A DNA stretch of 57,342 bases, filler included, from Stramenopiles sp. TOSAG23-2 (Eukaryota): assembly GCA_900128395.1 (NCBI GenBank). It is 3 parts of 3 records of this genome, joined end to end, with 100 filler letters (N's around TTAATTAATTAA, not from the genome) between each part and the next. Parts side by side here need not be neighbours in the genome. Positions count along the whole stretch, not along the records: positions 38,322 to 57,342 come from LT649593.1; 2 more parts are not named here. One strand, given 5' to 3'. Under the pieces are notes generated by a model that was not told the DNA's origin, did not search any database, and saw nothing but the letters and a program-made list of their open reading frames with translations. This document shows, one piece after another, positions 43,916 to 55,614 of this stretch (position 1 is the first letter of the stretch; the number at the start of each line of letters is the position of its first letter). The position numbers and the translations under genes are program-made.

Positions 43916-45027
43916 CCTATCTGTATCAATATGTTTGGTTCGTTGGATTGTTTGTTAAAATATCTCTATATAGATTGCATCACATCATATCGAGATGTGT
44001 ATCGCATTGTCTATATATATCTATTTTAATTCATTTTTGGTGCTTCTTTGTGTTAGAGATTAAGATTTGTAGTAGAGATTTGTATTAGTTTCGTGCCCTT
44101 GCCGATTTTAGACCAAACAAGGCACTAAACCGAGAATGGGCATTAAGACACTATTAAACTTGTATCCTATTTCATGCGATCAACGGGCTTCAGTGCATTT
44201 TTGGTATATTTCAGGAAAATGCATTCAACTAATAGGAATCTTAGTATACAGGTATATATACTTAATATATTAAGTATGAACGAAATCAGAAAAGGTATAT
44301 TAATTTTTTCATCAAAATCGGTTAAAAAAAAGCAATACTGTGCTGTTATAACCATGAATTAAAACTACACAGTATAAGGAAAATTTCCCAAATTCCAGAG
44401 AGGTGGTTCAATTGAATCTAGCCCACCCAATCAATGGATGATTTTATTACACAGCAATAGCATTATATGGCGGTGATGGAGGATTTTGCGTTAAAAAAAA
44501 AACGATCACATTTCAGGAATTTTTATCATCTAAAAATAATCATCGAGTCAACTTGGTGATAGTAGTAAATAATTATTAATTATCGGATATTACTATTCCT
44601 ATCCGACTATAAACGGCCAGTTTGGTAGCTTAACACGACTAAACCTTATTTTTTTTGTATTAGCATAAGAATAGCATTATAATAGAGTTGAAGAGTAGGG
44701 TGCAAGCGGCCCCAAAATTTTCTTCCAACTATATTCCGAAATGTATCCAAATAGATATTAATAATAGATTAATAGTACAATATTTTGTATCATTTATGTA
44801 ATAATTCGTAGGTCCCGCTTCGTCTGCATTTTTTTTTACTAAAAAAAAAAAAAAAATGAAGAATGAAAACAGGTGGATAAATGAAATAAAACTGAGATAA
44901 ATAGACCAGAAGACGTTGTTGTATCAAACTGTATATACGGCTTGGATGCGTGGAAACAGATATATATAGGTTCGAGAAATATATAATAACCAGAGACAAC
45001 AACAACGAAAAAAGGTAAAGGAAAATC

Positions 45028-45336
45028 ATGTCGGTAATGTTGAAACCATTTGCGAGGTGGTATCAAAAAGAAGTGACAAAGCAATTGTCAAAATATGGTT
45101 TAAAATATGAGGATATGTTGGTAGAAAGTGCGGATGTACACCGTGCACATACGTTTATGACGGAGGAAGACCGTGTATCCAGGGATAGGCGTTTAAAACG
45201 TGCAATTGATTTGAATATTAAACATACATATTTACCTGTAGAAATTCAAGCATTGCAAGATCCATTAAATTTTTATTTGACTGACCATATTGACGAAGCA
45301 AAACTATTAAGAGAAGAAAGGGAATTGTTACAATAA
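45028..45336 (+). CDS. QCR7: Cytochrome b-c1 complex subunit 7
   Basis: KYGLKYEDML..E...V.RA.......R.RRLKRAIDL..KH.YLP...Q pattern; 102 aa. Confidence 0.93.
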   Translation: MSVMLKPFARWYQKEVTKQLSKYGLKYEDMLVESADVHRAHTFMTEEDRVSRDRRLKRAIDLNIKHTYLPVEIQALQDPLNFYLTDHIDEAKLLREERELLQ

Positions 45337-45727
45337 ATATATCAGTATATATATATAAATATATATACTGATATGGCATGTTCAAAAAAAGTATTTGATA
45401 ATAATAGTAATAGTTCAAAATATATAAATATTTTTCTCGTTAAAAAGTTTGAAAGGGATAGCATATATATTCATATATATATATGAGAAAGTAGTATATA
45501 CACGTATAGATGGAATATATTTTAAATCCATTATTACATCTTGTGTGTGTGTGTGTAAAATAAAGTGAAAAATATGAACTAGTATATGTACGAATTGCAA
45601 AACACAGGTGTCTTCTCTTTGCACACTCCCTTGTACAAAGTGTACAAAACCACACTCGGCTCTCGGCTACGTATATTTAATAAAAAGATTTACAGAAAAA
45701 CATACACACATTATATATAAATATTTT

Positions 45728-47519
45728 TTAATCATCAAACTCACTGAAATCATCATTGTTACTATTACCATCTTTACCCTTTGCACCCTTTGCACCACCT
45801 TTAACACGTCGTCTACGTCTTCTTCTATTTTTTTTGTTTTGACTATGACTGGACATTAATTGATTAAATCGTTGTTGTCCAACTTTGGCTATTTTTGCTT
45901 TGTCTGCTTTATCATTATGATATTGCATTGGTGGATCCATTGCTTGTTGGGATACATCATGTATCGTAGCAAATCGACAAAATAGATCATGTTCCGTACC
46001 TGCTGTTCCATAACTATCGTTTCTATTCTTTGAATAATGTTTACATCCCAACCATGTATAACCAAATACATCCAAACCAGCATCTTTTGCTGCGTTTTTA
46101 GCTTCATCAGTTAATGATGATAACAATGCACGTTTTGCTTCAAACTCATCCAGAAATTGTAAATTGCAACTACTACCATCTAAATATCGTATACCTAATA
46201 TATTATGGCCATTGAAATAATCTTTAATATCTGCATTACTTAGATTATCAACACCATACATATGTAGTACATTCGTACGACGTTTGATATTATGTGGTAC
46301 TTCACGACGTGGTACCCTAACTTTTTCTTTCTTGCCATCTGCTTCCTCTTCGCCATTATTATTTTGTGTTGGATCAACTAAACCAAAACGTTCTAAACGA
46401 GCTTGTCGTTTTTCTTGATCAATTGCTATATTAGGATCAATCACTTCCTCCGATTCCCCTGTATTATCATTGCCAAATCTAGCATTACGTTCTGCCATTT
46501 TTTTCTGTTCCTGTTCTGACATTAAATCAAATCCAGCAATAATACTACCCACTTCTGTTTGTGGATTTTCGAATGAATCAACATTTTCTGTTTTATGACC
46601 CCACCATACTGCATGTACATCAATATTATCATTATCTTTGTCATTTGGTACATGTAATTGAATTGGTTCCGTAATATCAGCTGGTGAAATACGATGATCG
46701 TATCTTTATATATATATACATAGATAAACAATTTATTTACATTCATTATGTTTAAAAATTTATGTTAGAGTTGTTTTTTCTGTGTATCAGGTGTGAAATG
46801 AAACGAAATCATATATATGTGATTCTATATTTATATATATATATTACTTACTGTCTAAAAAATTTTCCATTTAAAAATATAACAAATCCAGTTTTATTAA
46901 TAGTACAACGCCATTCAAAACGTTGTCCATCTTTAATTGGAACTTTTTTCAATTCAGTGCCACCCGCATCCCAAATATATTCACGTTTTGTCCCTAATAA
47001 TATACGACTATATTTACGTACACGGTGTAACCTTGGATTAAAATGCATTAAAAATGTTTCATGATCTTGTCCTATTGCAATATTTAATGAACAACGACCA
47101 ATTCTACGTGGCATTGTTGCCCATACAATAATTGTATTGCCTCCATCCTCTGGATTACTACTAACTGGTCCTAAAATCTGTGTAATTGGTCCACTGTTTC
47201 TAACATCACCATGGCCTTTGATTAACAAATCCGCAGATGCTTCTGCATTTTCCATCATTAAACGAAATGTATCAATAGCTGCAGGTGCTGAACCAAAACG
47301 TTGTGCACGTTGTTGTGCTAATTGCATAGCTTGTTGTATTAATGCTGGATTAATTTTATGTGAATAACTAATAGGTGGTTGTTGTTGTTCTGTTGTATTC
47401 ATGGCATTGTCTGTAGTAATAGCAGTTGTTGTCGTTGCAAAATCTGCATTTACTTTGATTTGTTCATTGTTATCACCTTCACCAAAATCAACTTCTTCCT
47501 CCTCTTCCATGGATGTCAT
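45728..47519 (-). CDS. Galectin-fold + NCBP3-like (nuclear cap-binding subunit 3) protein, two exons (47519-46852, 46703-45728), 547 aa
   Basis: A GTAAGT...AAAG intron at 46851-46704 joins FLNGKFFR-Q-YDHRI in frame (1644 nt total). Galectin motif MHFNPR..W; NCBP3 motif LHMYGVDNLSNADIKDYF...RYLDGSSCNLQF.....AKRAL. Confidence 0.85.
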
Positions 47520-47949
47520 GTTTTGATGTTGTTGTTGTTTATCTTTTAATATTAATGAATATAAAAAATAACTAATTTTGTTTTTATTATTAATATATAT
47601 ATATATATAATCAGAAATTTAATATAATTAACAAAATAAATATATCTTGTCTTCTTCTTCTTATCTCTGTATTTTTGTTTGTTTGTTCACACCGACGACG
47701 AGTAAAAAAAAAAAAACAACCAGATGTCACTATATATGTATATATATATGATATATCTAGTAATGGTAGATGTAGACAAGTGAGTGAGTGATTGTTGATG
47801 TTCTATCTATTGATAAATCTATTTTCAGGGTCATTTATTCAATTATAAAAGCGTCGTCGTTTGTTGTTGTTTTTGTGGTGTGGTTGGTGCGGTGGAGGTG
47901 CAGGTTAAGGTAAGAGAGAAGCAGGGACATACCATTATATCGGGATATA

Positions 47950-48729
47950 TTAACAATAAATACAAAAATATACACTTAAGATAATATGTAAAAATTTATA
48001 TTTATTTAGATTGACGGACGTTCTTGCAAAGCTTATGTTGTCCAGTTGGTCTTGGGTGGTTTTTAGATCATTTATATCAGACGTATTTTGATAAACTTGC
48101 GATATAAGTTTTTGCATCAGACTCGTTTTGGTTTGTGCTAACATATTGTTAGAATTGCCGTACATAAAGGTGCCATATATTACCAGAAGTAAATTCAGTT
48201 TAAATACCCCCGAACACATATTACATATGATACAAGGCCGTTTACCGGAGTAGCCAACGATACAAAATTGGGCAACAGCTGTTGCTCCAACAAGATTGTT
48301 TACCGTAAATTCTTCCAAACTACTGTCAACCATACAAATGTATTGTTGTCTTTCATAGCCCCTTTCTGATACCAGAACAAAAGCCTTATGAGTGCATTTA
48401 AACAACATTGTATCTTCATCATTTTTGAGACACCAAATTGGAATTGTCTTTTGTTTGACACCATACTTTACACAAAGTAATATATGCAAACTGTATATAT
48501 CTTCGCTCCTTTTCACAGCCAGCTTCATTTTCTGGGTGTCTTTCAATGTATATTGATCCTCAATACCAACTTGATCCTCATCAATACCAACTTGATTCTC
48601 AAAACTGGTTACAAACGACGATTGTGGATTTGGCTCTTGATTTATATATTTATCAAATGCCAATGTTAATTTCTCCATTTCTGTCATCCTGAATAAATCT
48701 TTCAAACCCATTACTGCTTTCTTATGCAT
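47950..48729 (-). CDS. Hypothetical ORF (259 aa), no recognisable family
   Basis: Long open frame in an AT-rich genome; lacks the Asn tracts of neighbouring genes. Confidence 0.4.
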   Translation of the reverse strand: MHKKAVMGLKDLFRMTEMEKLTLAFDKYINQEPNPQSSFVTSFENQVGIDEDQVGIEDQYTLKDTQKMKLAVKRSEDIYSLHILLCVKYGVKQKTIPIWCLKNDEDTMLFKCTHKAFVLVSERGYERQQYICMVDSSLEEFTVNNLVGATAVAQFCIVGYSGKRPCIICNMCSGVFKLNLLLVIYGTFMYGNSNNMLAQTKTSLMQKLISQVYQNTSDINDLKTTQDQLDNISFARTSVNLNKYKFLHIILSVYFCIYC

Positions 48730-48923
48730 TTCAGAGGAAGTTCATGGTGGTACCTTAGCTGAAGCTCCATTTTTTACTGCAACAAATAATGTAACGTATC
48801 GAATTGATTTGAATGTGGTAAAAAGAAGATTAGGGGACATGGCATTTGGGGATCAGCCATGACCCCAGGCCTTTAACCACAGGAAGAAAATTAATAATAA
48901 ACTTAATAATCATATAAATAAAT

Positions 48924-49157
48924 ATGGAGAATAATAATAACAATAACAATGAAATGATGGTAGAAATGAGACAATTGTTAAAACAATTGATTCCATTGTT
49001 GAAACAGCAAAGGAGATCTCAAAAGGTAAACCAGCCAACAGGCTATACATTGTTTAGGAGGAATGGGGGAAGAGCGTGGAATGCTCTTACCCAAGAAGAA
49101 CAAGGTGTGTGGAATACAGAAGCAAAAGCGATAGGAAGAGGAAGAAGAGTTCGTTAG
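48924..49157 (+). CDS. Small protein with partial HMG-box-like motif
   Basis: KVNQPTGYTLF ... GRAWNALTQEEQGVWNTEAK. Confidence 0.5.
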   Translation: MENNNNNNNEMMVEMRQLLKQLIPLLKQQRRSQKVNQPTGYTLFRRNGGRAWNALTQEEQGVWNTEAKAIGRGRRVR

Positions 49158-49432
49158 AGAGTGAGAGCGGAGTTCGCGGCGAGCTTTGAACCTTTTTTTT
49201 CCGTTTTTAGTGTTGAAATTAAGGTTATTGTTTGAAAAGAAGAAAACCTTAACCTAAACCTAAAACCACTACACAAAAAAAAAAGCTAAAAAAACTACTG
49301 AAAAACAAATTAAAATGTAATTGCAATTTAAATTGTTGTTGATGTACATAGTTCGTCATGTTTCATTCATCCACAAAAAAAAAATACAAGACAAGATACA
49401 AAAGAACTATATAGCAAAAATCATCTTCAACA

Positions 49433-51316
49433 ATGTTACGGAATATAATACAAAACAATGGTGTGAAATATTTAAGACAAAGTCGTAATAATAATAAAAA
49501 AAATATTTTTTTGTATCATTATTTTTTCAATTATCATAGTCCAATTCAACAAATACCATTACCCACACAACAACAACAACAACAAGTACAATATCGATAT
49601 ATATCATCAAACATCCCACCGTTTTTAAATGAAACAAAAAACGATGCTGTGCAAAAAATAATAACATTAGAGCAACTTGATACAAATTTAAATCAAACAA
49701 AATCATATCGTAAAACATATATGATTGATTTAGACAATGATCTTGCAGATGATGATGATAATAATAATAAAATGAAAAATGTATTGAAAGATATTCGTTT
49801 AAAAGCAGCATCACGTGACCGACTATTACTTGTAAATAATAATAACAAAAACAACAAAGATGAAATAGAAATACTTACCAATGAAATTGGTTGGTTAAAA
49901 ACACGTGAATTTATCGAAGAAGATGATGATTCAATAATTACTGAATATCTTCCAAATGAAGGTAAATATATTACAGACATGTCCAATTTTATATTTAAAA
50001 CAATTATTGGATATGAACGTTTAGAACATCAACCAATTGATTTAAGAAATGCATTTGCATTTTATTATGGACATATTTCTGCATTTACTGATATCATTGC
50101 ATTGCAATTGCCTGCATATGAGGAAGAACGTATAAAATTTGAACGTGGAGTAGATCCAGATGTCGATAATCCAGATAATATTGATCATCGACATTCAGAA
50201 CGTCATCAAATTTGGCCATCACCAAATGTATTTGAAAAATATGCAAATGATGTTGAACTTGCATTGGTTGATTTAATAAAAGAAAATGGTATGACAAGAG
50301 AATCCGTTCTTGTAACAGAACATGCTGATATGCATTATGAAACATTGATGTATAATTTAAATGGTTGTATGGATATGTCAACAACACGATTAGAGGATCG
50401 AAACGATGGTATAAATGATGGCACCGTGCCAATTCATCCATTTGCAACATTTATGACACCAATTGAAACAAAACGTATTGATGATTCTTTATTAATGGAA
50501 TATCCATATGTAGCAATACCAACAACAACAAAAATAAAATTAGGAATAAATGAAAATGAATTTAATTCAAATGGTTTTGGATGGGATATTGAATTGCCAG
50601 TTCAAACACAAGATGAAGTCGTAAATGCTTTTCTAGTTGGACAACTTCCTGTAACAAATAATGAATTTCTTGAATTTATACAAGATAATGGATACGAGAG
50701 AGAAGAATTTTGGGAAACAAATGCATATGAATGGATAAAACGTGAATCTATTCAACATCCCAAATTATGGTTTGGTGCATCGTCATCATCATTTGGTGTA
50801 CGAACTGTATGTGATGGGATCGTAATGAATGATAAAAGTGGTGATTGGCCAGCAATTGTTACATTGTTTGAAGCAAATGCATATTGTAATTGGAAAGGTA
50901 ATGGTGCACGAATCATGACCGAAGAAGAATACCATGCCATATTTAATAACAATGATGAATTATATGCATATGCTAGTAAATATGGCAATAATAATTGGAA
51001 ATATCGATCGTGTGTACCAGTTGGAACAATGAATGATGGTATTATGCGCCATCAAGAAGATGATGATAATAATAAAAAAATATATGATTTAGTTGGAAAT
51101 GGATGGGAATGGACATCGTCAATATTAAAACCACTTGATGGTTTTGAAAGTATGAAAGATTATCCTGAATATAGTTCTGATTTTTTTGATGGCAAACATT
51201 ATGTTGTAAAAGGTGCAAGTTCATTTACTGGGAAAAGCAATCAACGTCTTAGTTTTCGTAATTGGTATCAAGGGAATTATCCATATGTACATGCAAAGTT
51301 TCGTATCTGTATGTGA
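49433..51316 (+). CDS. Ergothioneine-pathway sulfoxide synthase (Egt1/EgtB-type; DinB_2 + FGE-like domains)
   Basis: PIDLRNAFAFYYGH, FERGVDPDVDNP, iron motif EHADMHYETL (HxxxHxE), PVTNNEFLEFI..GY, GNGWEWTSS, YPEYSSDFFDGKH and RLSFRNWYQ. Confidence 0.9.
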   Translation: MLRNIIQNNGVKYLRQSRNNNKKNIFLYHYFFNYHSPIQQIPLPTQQQQQQVQYRYISSNIPPFLNETKNDAVQKIITLEQLDTNLNQTKSYRKTYMIDLDNDLADDDDNNNKMKNVLKDIRLKAASRDRLLLVNNNNKNNKDEIEILTNEIGWLKTREFIEEDDDSIITEYLPNEGKYITDMSNFIFKTIIGYERLEHQPIDLRNAFAFYYGHISAFTDIIALQLPAYEEERIKFERGVDPDVDNPDNIDHRHSERHQIWPSPNVFEKYANDVELALVDLIKENGMTRESVLVTEHADMHYETLMYNLNGCMDMSTTRLEDRNDGINDGTVPIHPFATFMTPIETKRIDDSLLMEYPYVAIPTTTKIKLGINENEFNSNGFGWDIELPVQTQDEVVNAFLVGQLPVTNNEFLEFIQDNGYEREEFWETNAYEWIKRESIQHPKLWFGASSSSFGVRTVCDGIVMNDKSGDWPAIVTLFEANAYCNWKGNGARIMTEEEYHAIFNNNDELYAYASKYGNNNWKYRSCVPVGTMNDGIMRHQEDDDNNKKIYDLVGNGWEWTSSILKPLDGFESMKDYPEYSSDFFDGKHYVVKGASSFTGKSNQRLSFRNWYQGNYPYVHAKFRICM

Positions 51317-51641
51317 GATGGAGAGTGACCAGGTGAGATGACATATGTGAGTGTGTGAATGCGGAAAGGAGAGATATCAGATGTGTGAAATGATGTTGTA
51401 TTTATTAGATAAGAAAGTGTGTCTAAAACAATATATTTTTAATAATATTTTTCAACTTAAAAACCACCTCTTACTCTTGTACTACAGTATATGTTTTGTT
51501 TTGAATTGCATCTAAATTCAATATTAAATTTGAATGAACTAAGATTATTAATTATAAATAACTAAGAGACAGAGAGTATAATTATACACACATATACAGA
51601 AAACATATATATATATATATATATATATACAATTACACACC

Positions 51642-52601
51642 ATGGCGTCAATAGCTACGAATCTACCACCTGCAAAGCGACAACGCACTACGTCGTTAAA
51701 ACAATCGACAATTGAAGCGTTAGAAGAGGAACGTGCAGAACCTATTGAAATTGGTATATTAGTTTTACCAGCTGGATTTGAGTCTGCCTGCGGGATAATG
51801 ACAAAAATACTTCTACATTTAGATATTCGATCATTATGTAATGTGAAACGATCATCTTTGATCCAACAATGTAGAAAAGCATTTAGATGTGATGATTTTG
51901 AACGTGTACGTGATGAAGCATTGAGTATTGATTATGAAGGTAGAAGAAGTATAAATGAGATGAGACTTTCACATCCAGCGAGAAGACTTTATTTATTAAT
52001 TGAAAGATATCAAAGAGAGTTTCCACGTGGTACTTATCACAGAGGTCGAATACCAACACCTATCGTATGTGCATGTCAACACGGACGTACGAATGATGTA
52101 GAATTATTTATGAATCTTCATCCTTTTCACAAGTATATTACTAATCGTGATGTGAATGGCTACAGAGATGATATGACATTGAAAGATATGGTGAGTCAAG
52201 TCGGTAAAACTAGTGAAGGTTATGATCGTACACCTTTAATGGCAGCTGCAGAGAACGAAGATTTCCAACTAGTTAAATATTTGATTGAACAATGTGAAGC
52301 TGATCCTAATATTGCAAATAGTGTTGGATGGAATGTATTGCATTGTGCATCATGGCGTGACAGAACGACTATTGATTTGATTCAATTCTTGTTGAATTAT
52401 ATGTCTCTTGATAGTATTAATCAGCGTGATAGAGTGTATGGACAAACTCCTTTAGACTGGTGTTATGAATTTAATGATAGCCCAATTCAACAAGAGATCA
52501 TTGCACTTTTACGTTCAAAAGGTGGAATTGCAAATAAATTTGATGCAAATGGTAATCGTATAGAATCAGAATCAGAAGACGATGAAGTAGACGATTACTA
52601 A
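51642..52601 (+). CDS. Ankyrin-repeat protein with weak F-box-like N-terminal segment
   Basis: TPIVCACQHG, TPLMAAAENE..LVKYLI, GWNVLHCA, GQTPLD; upstream IMTKILLHLDIRSLCNV. Confidence 0.85.
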   Translation: MASIATNLPPAKRQRTTSLKQSTIEALEEERAEPIEIGILVLPAGFESACGIMTKILLHLDIRSLCNVKRSSLIQQCRKAFRCDDFERVRDEALSIDYEGRRSINEMRLSHPARRLYLLIERYQREFPRGTYHRGRIPTPIVCACQHGRTNDVELFMNLHPFHKYITNRDVNGYRDDMTLKDMVSQVGKTSEGYDRTPLMAAAENEDFQLVKYLIEQCEADPNIANSVGWNVLHCASWRDRTTIDLIQFLLNYMSLDSINQRDRVYGQTPLDWCYEFNDSPIQQEIIALLRSKGGIANKFDANGNRIESESEDDEVDDY

Positions 52602-52798
52602 AAAGAAATTGAAAAAAGTAAAGGCGAGAGAAGAGGAGAAAGTGAGAATGTAAAAAATTTTAAAAAATAGTTTTAAAACAAAAACATGTGTACGAATATC
52701 GTATAAAAAATCTTAAAATGCCCGGAGCCCGCTTCCTCTTTCATACCCCCCAGTCAAACGTCCATCACACATAAGTTTTTAAAAAATTAATTTTACTA

Positions 52799-55051
52799 TT
52801 ACCGCCCTGGCGCCTCCCCCGTACTTATAATCTGCAATAACGCACCGATGTTATTTTTCTTCACCGCTTTCCTACATGCAGCTATTACTTTTGTTGATGG
52901 TTTACCAATACGTAACCTTGCTGCTTTTTGTATCACACTATTTAAATGTTTTAAATTTTCCATTAAATGCGCATGGTTATTTGCACGTTTCGAATACTCT
53001 CGTATCAAATCACTATTTAAACCATATAATGAATTATATGTCTTTTTCATACGATTATAATCGCACATAATACGTGCATCTTCCGCTCTTATTACTAATG
53101 TTTTCACTAAATGAGAATTATCTGCCATTTCCGCAGTTAATTGCTGTCGTATTTGTTTAAAATTATCCACGTTGTCTAAGACATTTCGTAACTTATCCAT
53201 TTCAACTGGAAACTTCGCCGTTGTTTCTAAATTATCAATTTGTATACTTTGACCCATATCTTGAATCAAATCCCCTACAATTGCCATATCATCGCACATA
53301 ATGGTAACTTGACAACCACCATTTTTACGCTCATCAACTAAAAATACCAATGGCATTCCATTACGTAAGGAACTGAGTTCCAATACAATATTTACATTTG
53401 CTTCTTTTAAATACGTATCCTCAGCCGTTAATGTTATTTGTTTTGCAAGCCAATTCGCTATCACTCGCACTTGTTTTTGCAATGTAAATACACAACTAGA
53501 ACTTGGTCGTTGCACAGGTCCTTTGGATGGTGCAAACATTGCAAATTTAGGTAATTTATGAGGCAATTTAAATACATGAAATTGTTCATTGTTTCCACGT
53601 GCTCCCACTAATGCATGGATTTCTAAATCCGTTGCAATATCTTTTTGTGGCCTTAATGGTATAACAAGTGTATTGGATGCATTTTTTGGATGCACGACAT
53701 AACTTTCACCATCAAATACACCACCATCCATACTATATACAGCTGCACAACGTACAACACTATTATTATCTGTTGTTGCCACGGAGGAATCTTTTGTTTT
53801 TGATTCTGTCGTTTTCGTTTCTGTTTTCAATATTAAATCTAAACATGATTCCTCATCATTAATACGCAATTCAACTCCGATGGATGTATCAGGTGAAATG
53901 ACTGCATGTCCACTATCACCACTTTTAATCTGTCTCACGTTTCCTTGCAAACCTTTTAATTTCATTAATAATTCTTGTTTTTCTTGCAATAAATCTTCAA
54001 CAACTGCATCTCCTTTTTTCTCATCGACCATCAAAGTTGTCCATAATTTATCATCATATGCAGAATATCCTCTTACATGACCATCTTGACTACATACAAT
54101 AATTTGATCTTGACTTTCATCTACTTTGTAATTTGCAGTAACCATTCCACTAACAAGATCACTTAATGTATCTTTGTAGACGACTTTACCATCATGATCA
54201 CGCCGTACTTCAAATTTACCATTGCCCCATCCAGTACATAATTCTTTTACCCCATCATTATCTAAATCAAATGCTTTTAATGCAGTTGCTTTGTTTCTTG
54301 ATTTAACACGCCAAATACGTTTACAATCTTTGTATACACCTACGGTACCATTATCCAATGAGTAACCATATAATTGTCCACTTAATGCTTCCAATCCGCG
54401 TATACGCGATGTTTCCGTAAATTCATTTAATACTTCTTCCCCCCTAAAATGTCGTATTTCGTAATCATCACTACCTACTAATAATTCTGGTTTTCCATCA
54501 CCATTTACATCAGCAAGTGCTAATGCATATGCATGATCCCCACAAACTGTCCAAAATTCTTCTTGTCCACTTGCACTAAACCCATGTACGGAACAATTTC
54601 CTCCTACCAATGCTAATGTTGGCGCATCTGGTGCAGTATCAACTTTTCCACACAATAATGAATCAATACCATCTTGTACTTCTTTATAAAATAAATCTGT
54701 ATTTTCATCCACATTATATGCTAATAAATTTGTTCGTGTACCAATACATAACACATCTTTTCCATCCAATTTTGGATCTACTGGACCACATGCAACGGCA
54801 GTAATGTGGTTATTAATATTTAAAAAGGTAACTTTGTCTTCATTATTACTATTATTATCAACGTTTCCAAATTGATTATTATTATTATTATTTACATTTG
54901 TTTCGTGTGGATTATGCATCAATACTTTACCACCCGTGGTACCACAAGTTAAAGTTGGATGCTTTCCATCATAGAGTCCAACCGTAACACAACCTGGTAA
55001 AATAGTATTATTTAACGTGAATTTAAAGGATGCACCATATTCTAAATTCAT
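52799..55051 (-). CDS. BBS2: Bardet-Biedl syndrome 2 protein (BBSome)
   Basis: VGLYDGKHPTL.CGTTGGKV..HNP, LVGGNCSVHGF...GQEEFWTV, ELLVGSDDYEIR, LPKFAMF, AEDARI, IQKAARLRIG. Confidence 0.97.
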   Translation of the reverse strand: MNLEYGASFKFTLNNTILPGCVTVGLYDGKHPTLTCGTTGGKVLMHNPHETNVNNNNNNQFGNVDNNSNNEDKVTFLNINNHITAVACGPVDPKLDGKDVLCIGTRTNLLAYNVDENTDLFYKEVQDGIDSLLCGKVDTAPDAPTLALVGGNCSVHGFSASGQEEFWTVCGDHAYALALADVNGDGKPELLVGSDDYEIRHFRGEEVLNEFTETSRIRGLEALSGQLYGYSLDNGTVGVYKDCKRIWRVKSRNKATALKAFDLDNDGVKELCTGWGNGKFEVRRDHDGKVVYKDTLSDLVSGMVTANYKVDESQDQIIVCSQDGHVRGYSAYDDKLWTTLMVDEKKGDAVVEDLLQEKQELLMKLKGLQGNVRQIKSGDSGHAVISPDTSIGVELRINDEESCLDLILKTETKTTESKTKDSSVATTDNNSVVRCAAVYSMDGGVFDGESYVVHPKNASNTLVIPLRPQKDIATDLEIHALVGARGNNEQFHVFKLPHKLPKFAMFAPSKGPVQRPSSSCVFTLQKQVRVIANWLAKQITLTAEDTYLKEANVNIVLELSSLRNGMPLVFLVDERKNGGCQVTIMCDDMAIVGDLIQDMGQSIQIDNLETTAKFPVEMDKLRNVLDNVDNFKQIRQQLTAEMADNSHLVKTLVIRAEDARIMCDYNRMKKTYNSLYGLNSDLIREYSKRANNHAHLMENLKHLNSVIQKAARLRIGKPSTKVIAACRKAVKKNNIGALLQIISTGEAPGR

Positions 55052-55521
55052 CTTTTTAATTTAAAAAAAATTTATTTTTTTTTTCTTTTCCTTTTAGAAA
55101 TTTATATATATGCTTCGTATCTATAATATATATATATAAGTAGTAGTAACAACAAAATGATACACAACAATATATGATATATCTATAAATATATATATAT
55201 ACTATTCACATCAATACATCGAGTTGGGGTGTATATAGGTCCATTTTTAACTGAAATTCATTTTAATTTTCGAATTCCACATTCTCATCAAGTATAAATT
55301 ATGTGTCTTTTTGATAGGAAAACTAGATGTATTATTCTATAAATTTTTATAATTTTTTTTTTTTAAAATTAAAATCATCTCTTTTTTTTTCTGCGCTTCT
55401 GCGCCTCTGCGCCTCTTTCTCTTCTGCTTTTGCCTTTTTGGATTGAAATTTTTCTGAAAAAAATATTTTTTAATTCTTATATTTTGTTTGTTTGTTTTCT
55501 CTCTCCGACTTTAAACATACA

Positions 55522-55560
<39 letters not shown>

Positions 55561-55614
55561 CGTGTGTAAGTTGATACAGCATTACTATTGTTGTTGTTAT
55601 TGCTGTGGTTGCTA

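Noticed and set aside
44090-44830. Possible ncRNA or gene relic between SNRNP70 and QCR7
   Set aside because: No recognisable tRNA, snRNA or snoRNA motifs and no sustained reading frame.
48540-48862. Plus-strand frame with several in-frame TGA, suggesting TGA recoding
   Set aside because: It is mostly antisense to the 47950-48729 ORF, and conserved genes here (e.g. PRP22) use TGA as stop.
27424-55051. Ciliary gene cluster (WDR35 and BBS2)
   Set aside because: The genes are on different scaffolds separated by an artificial linker.
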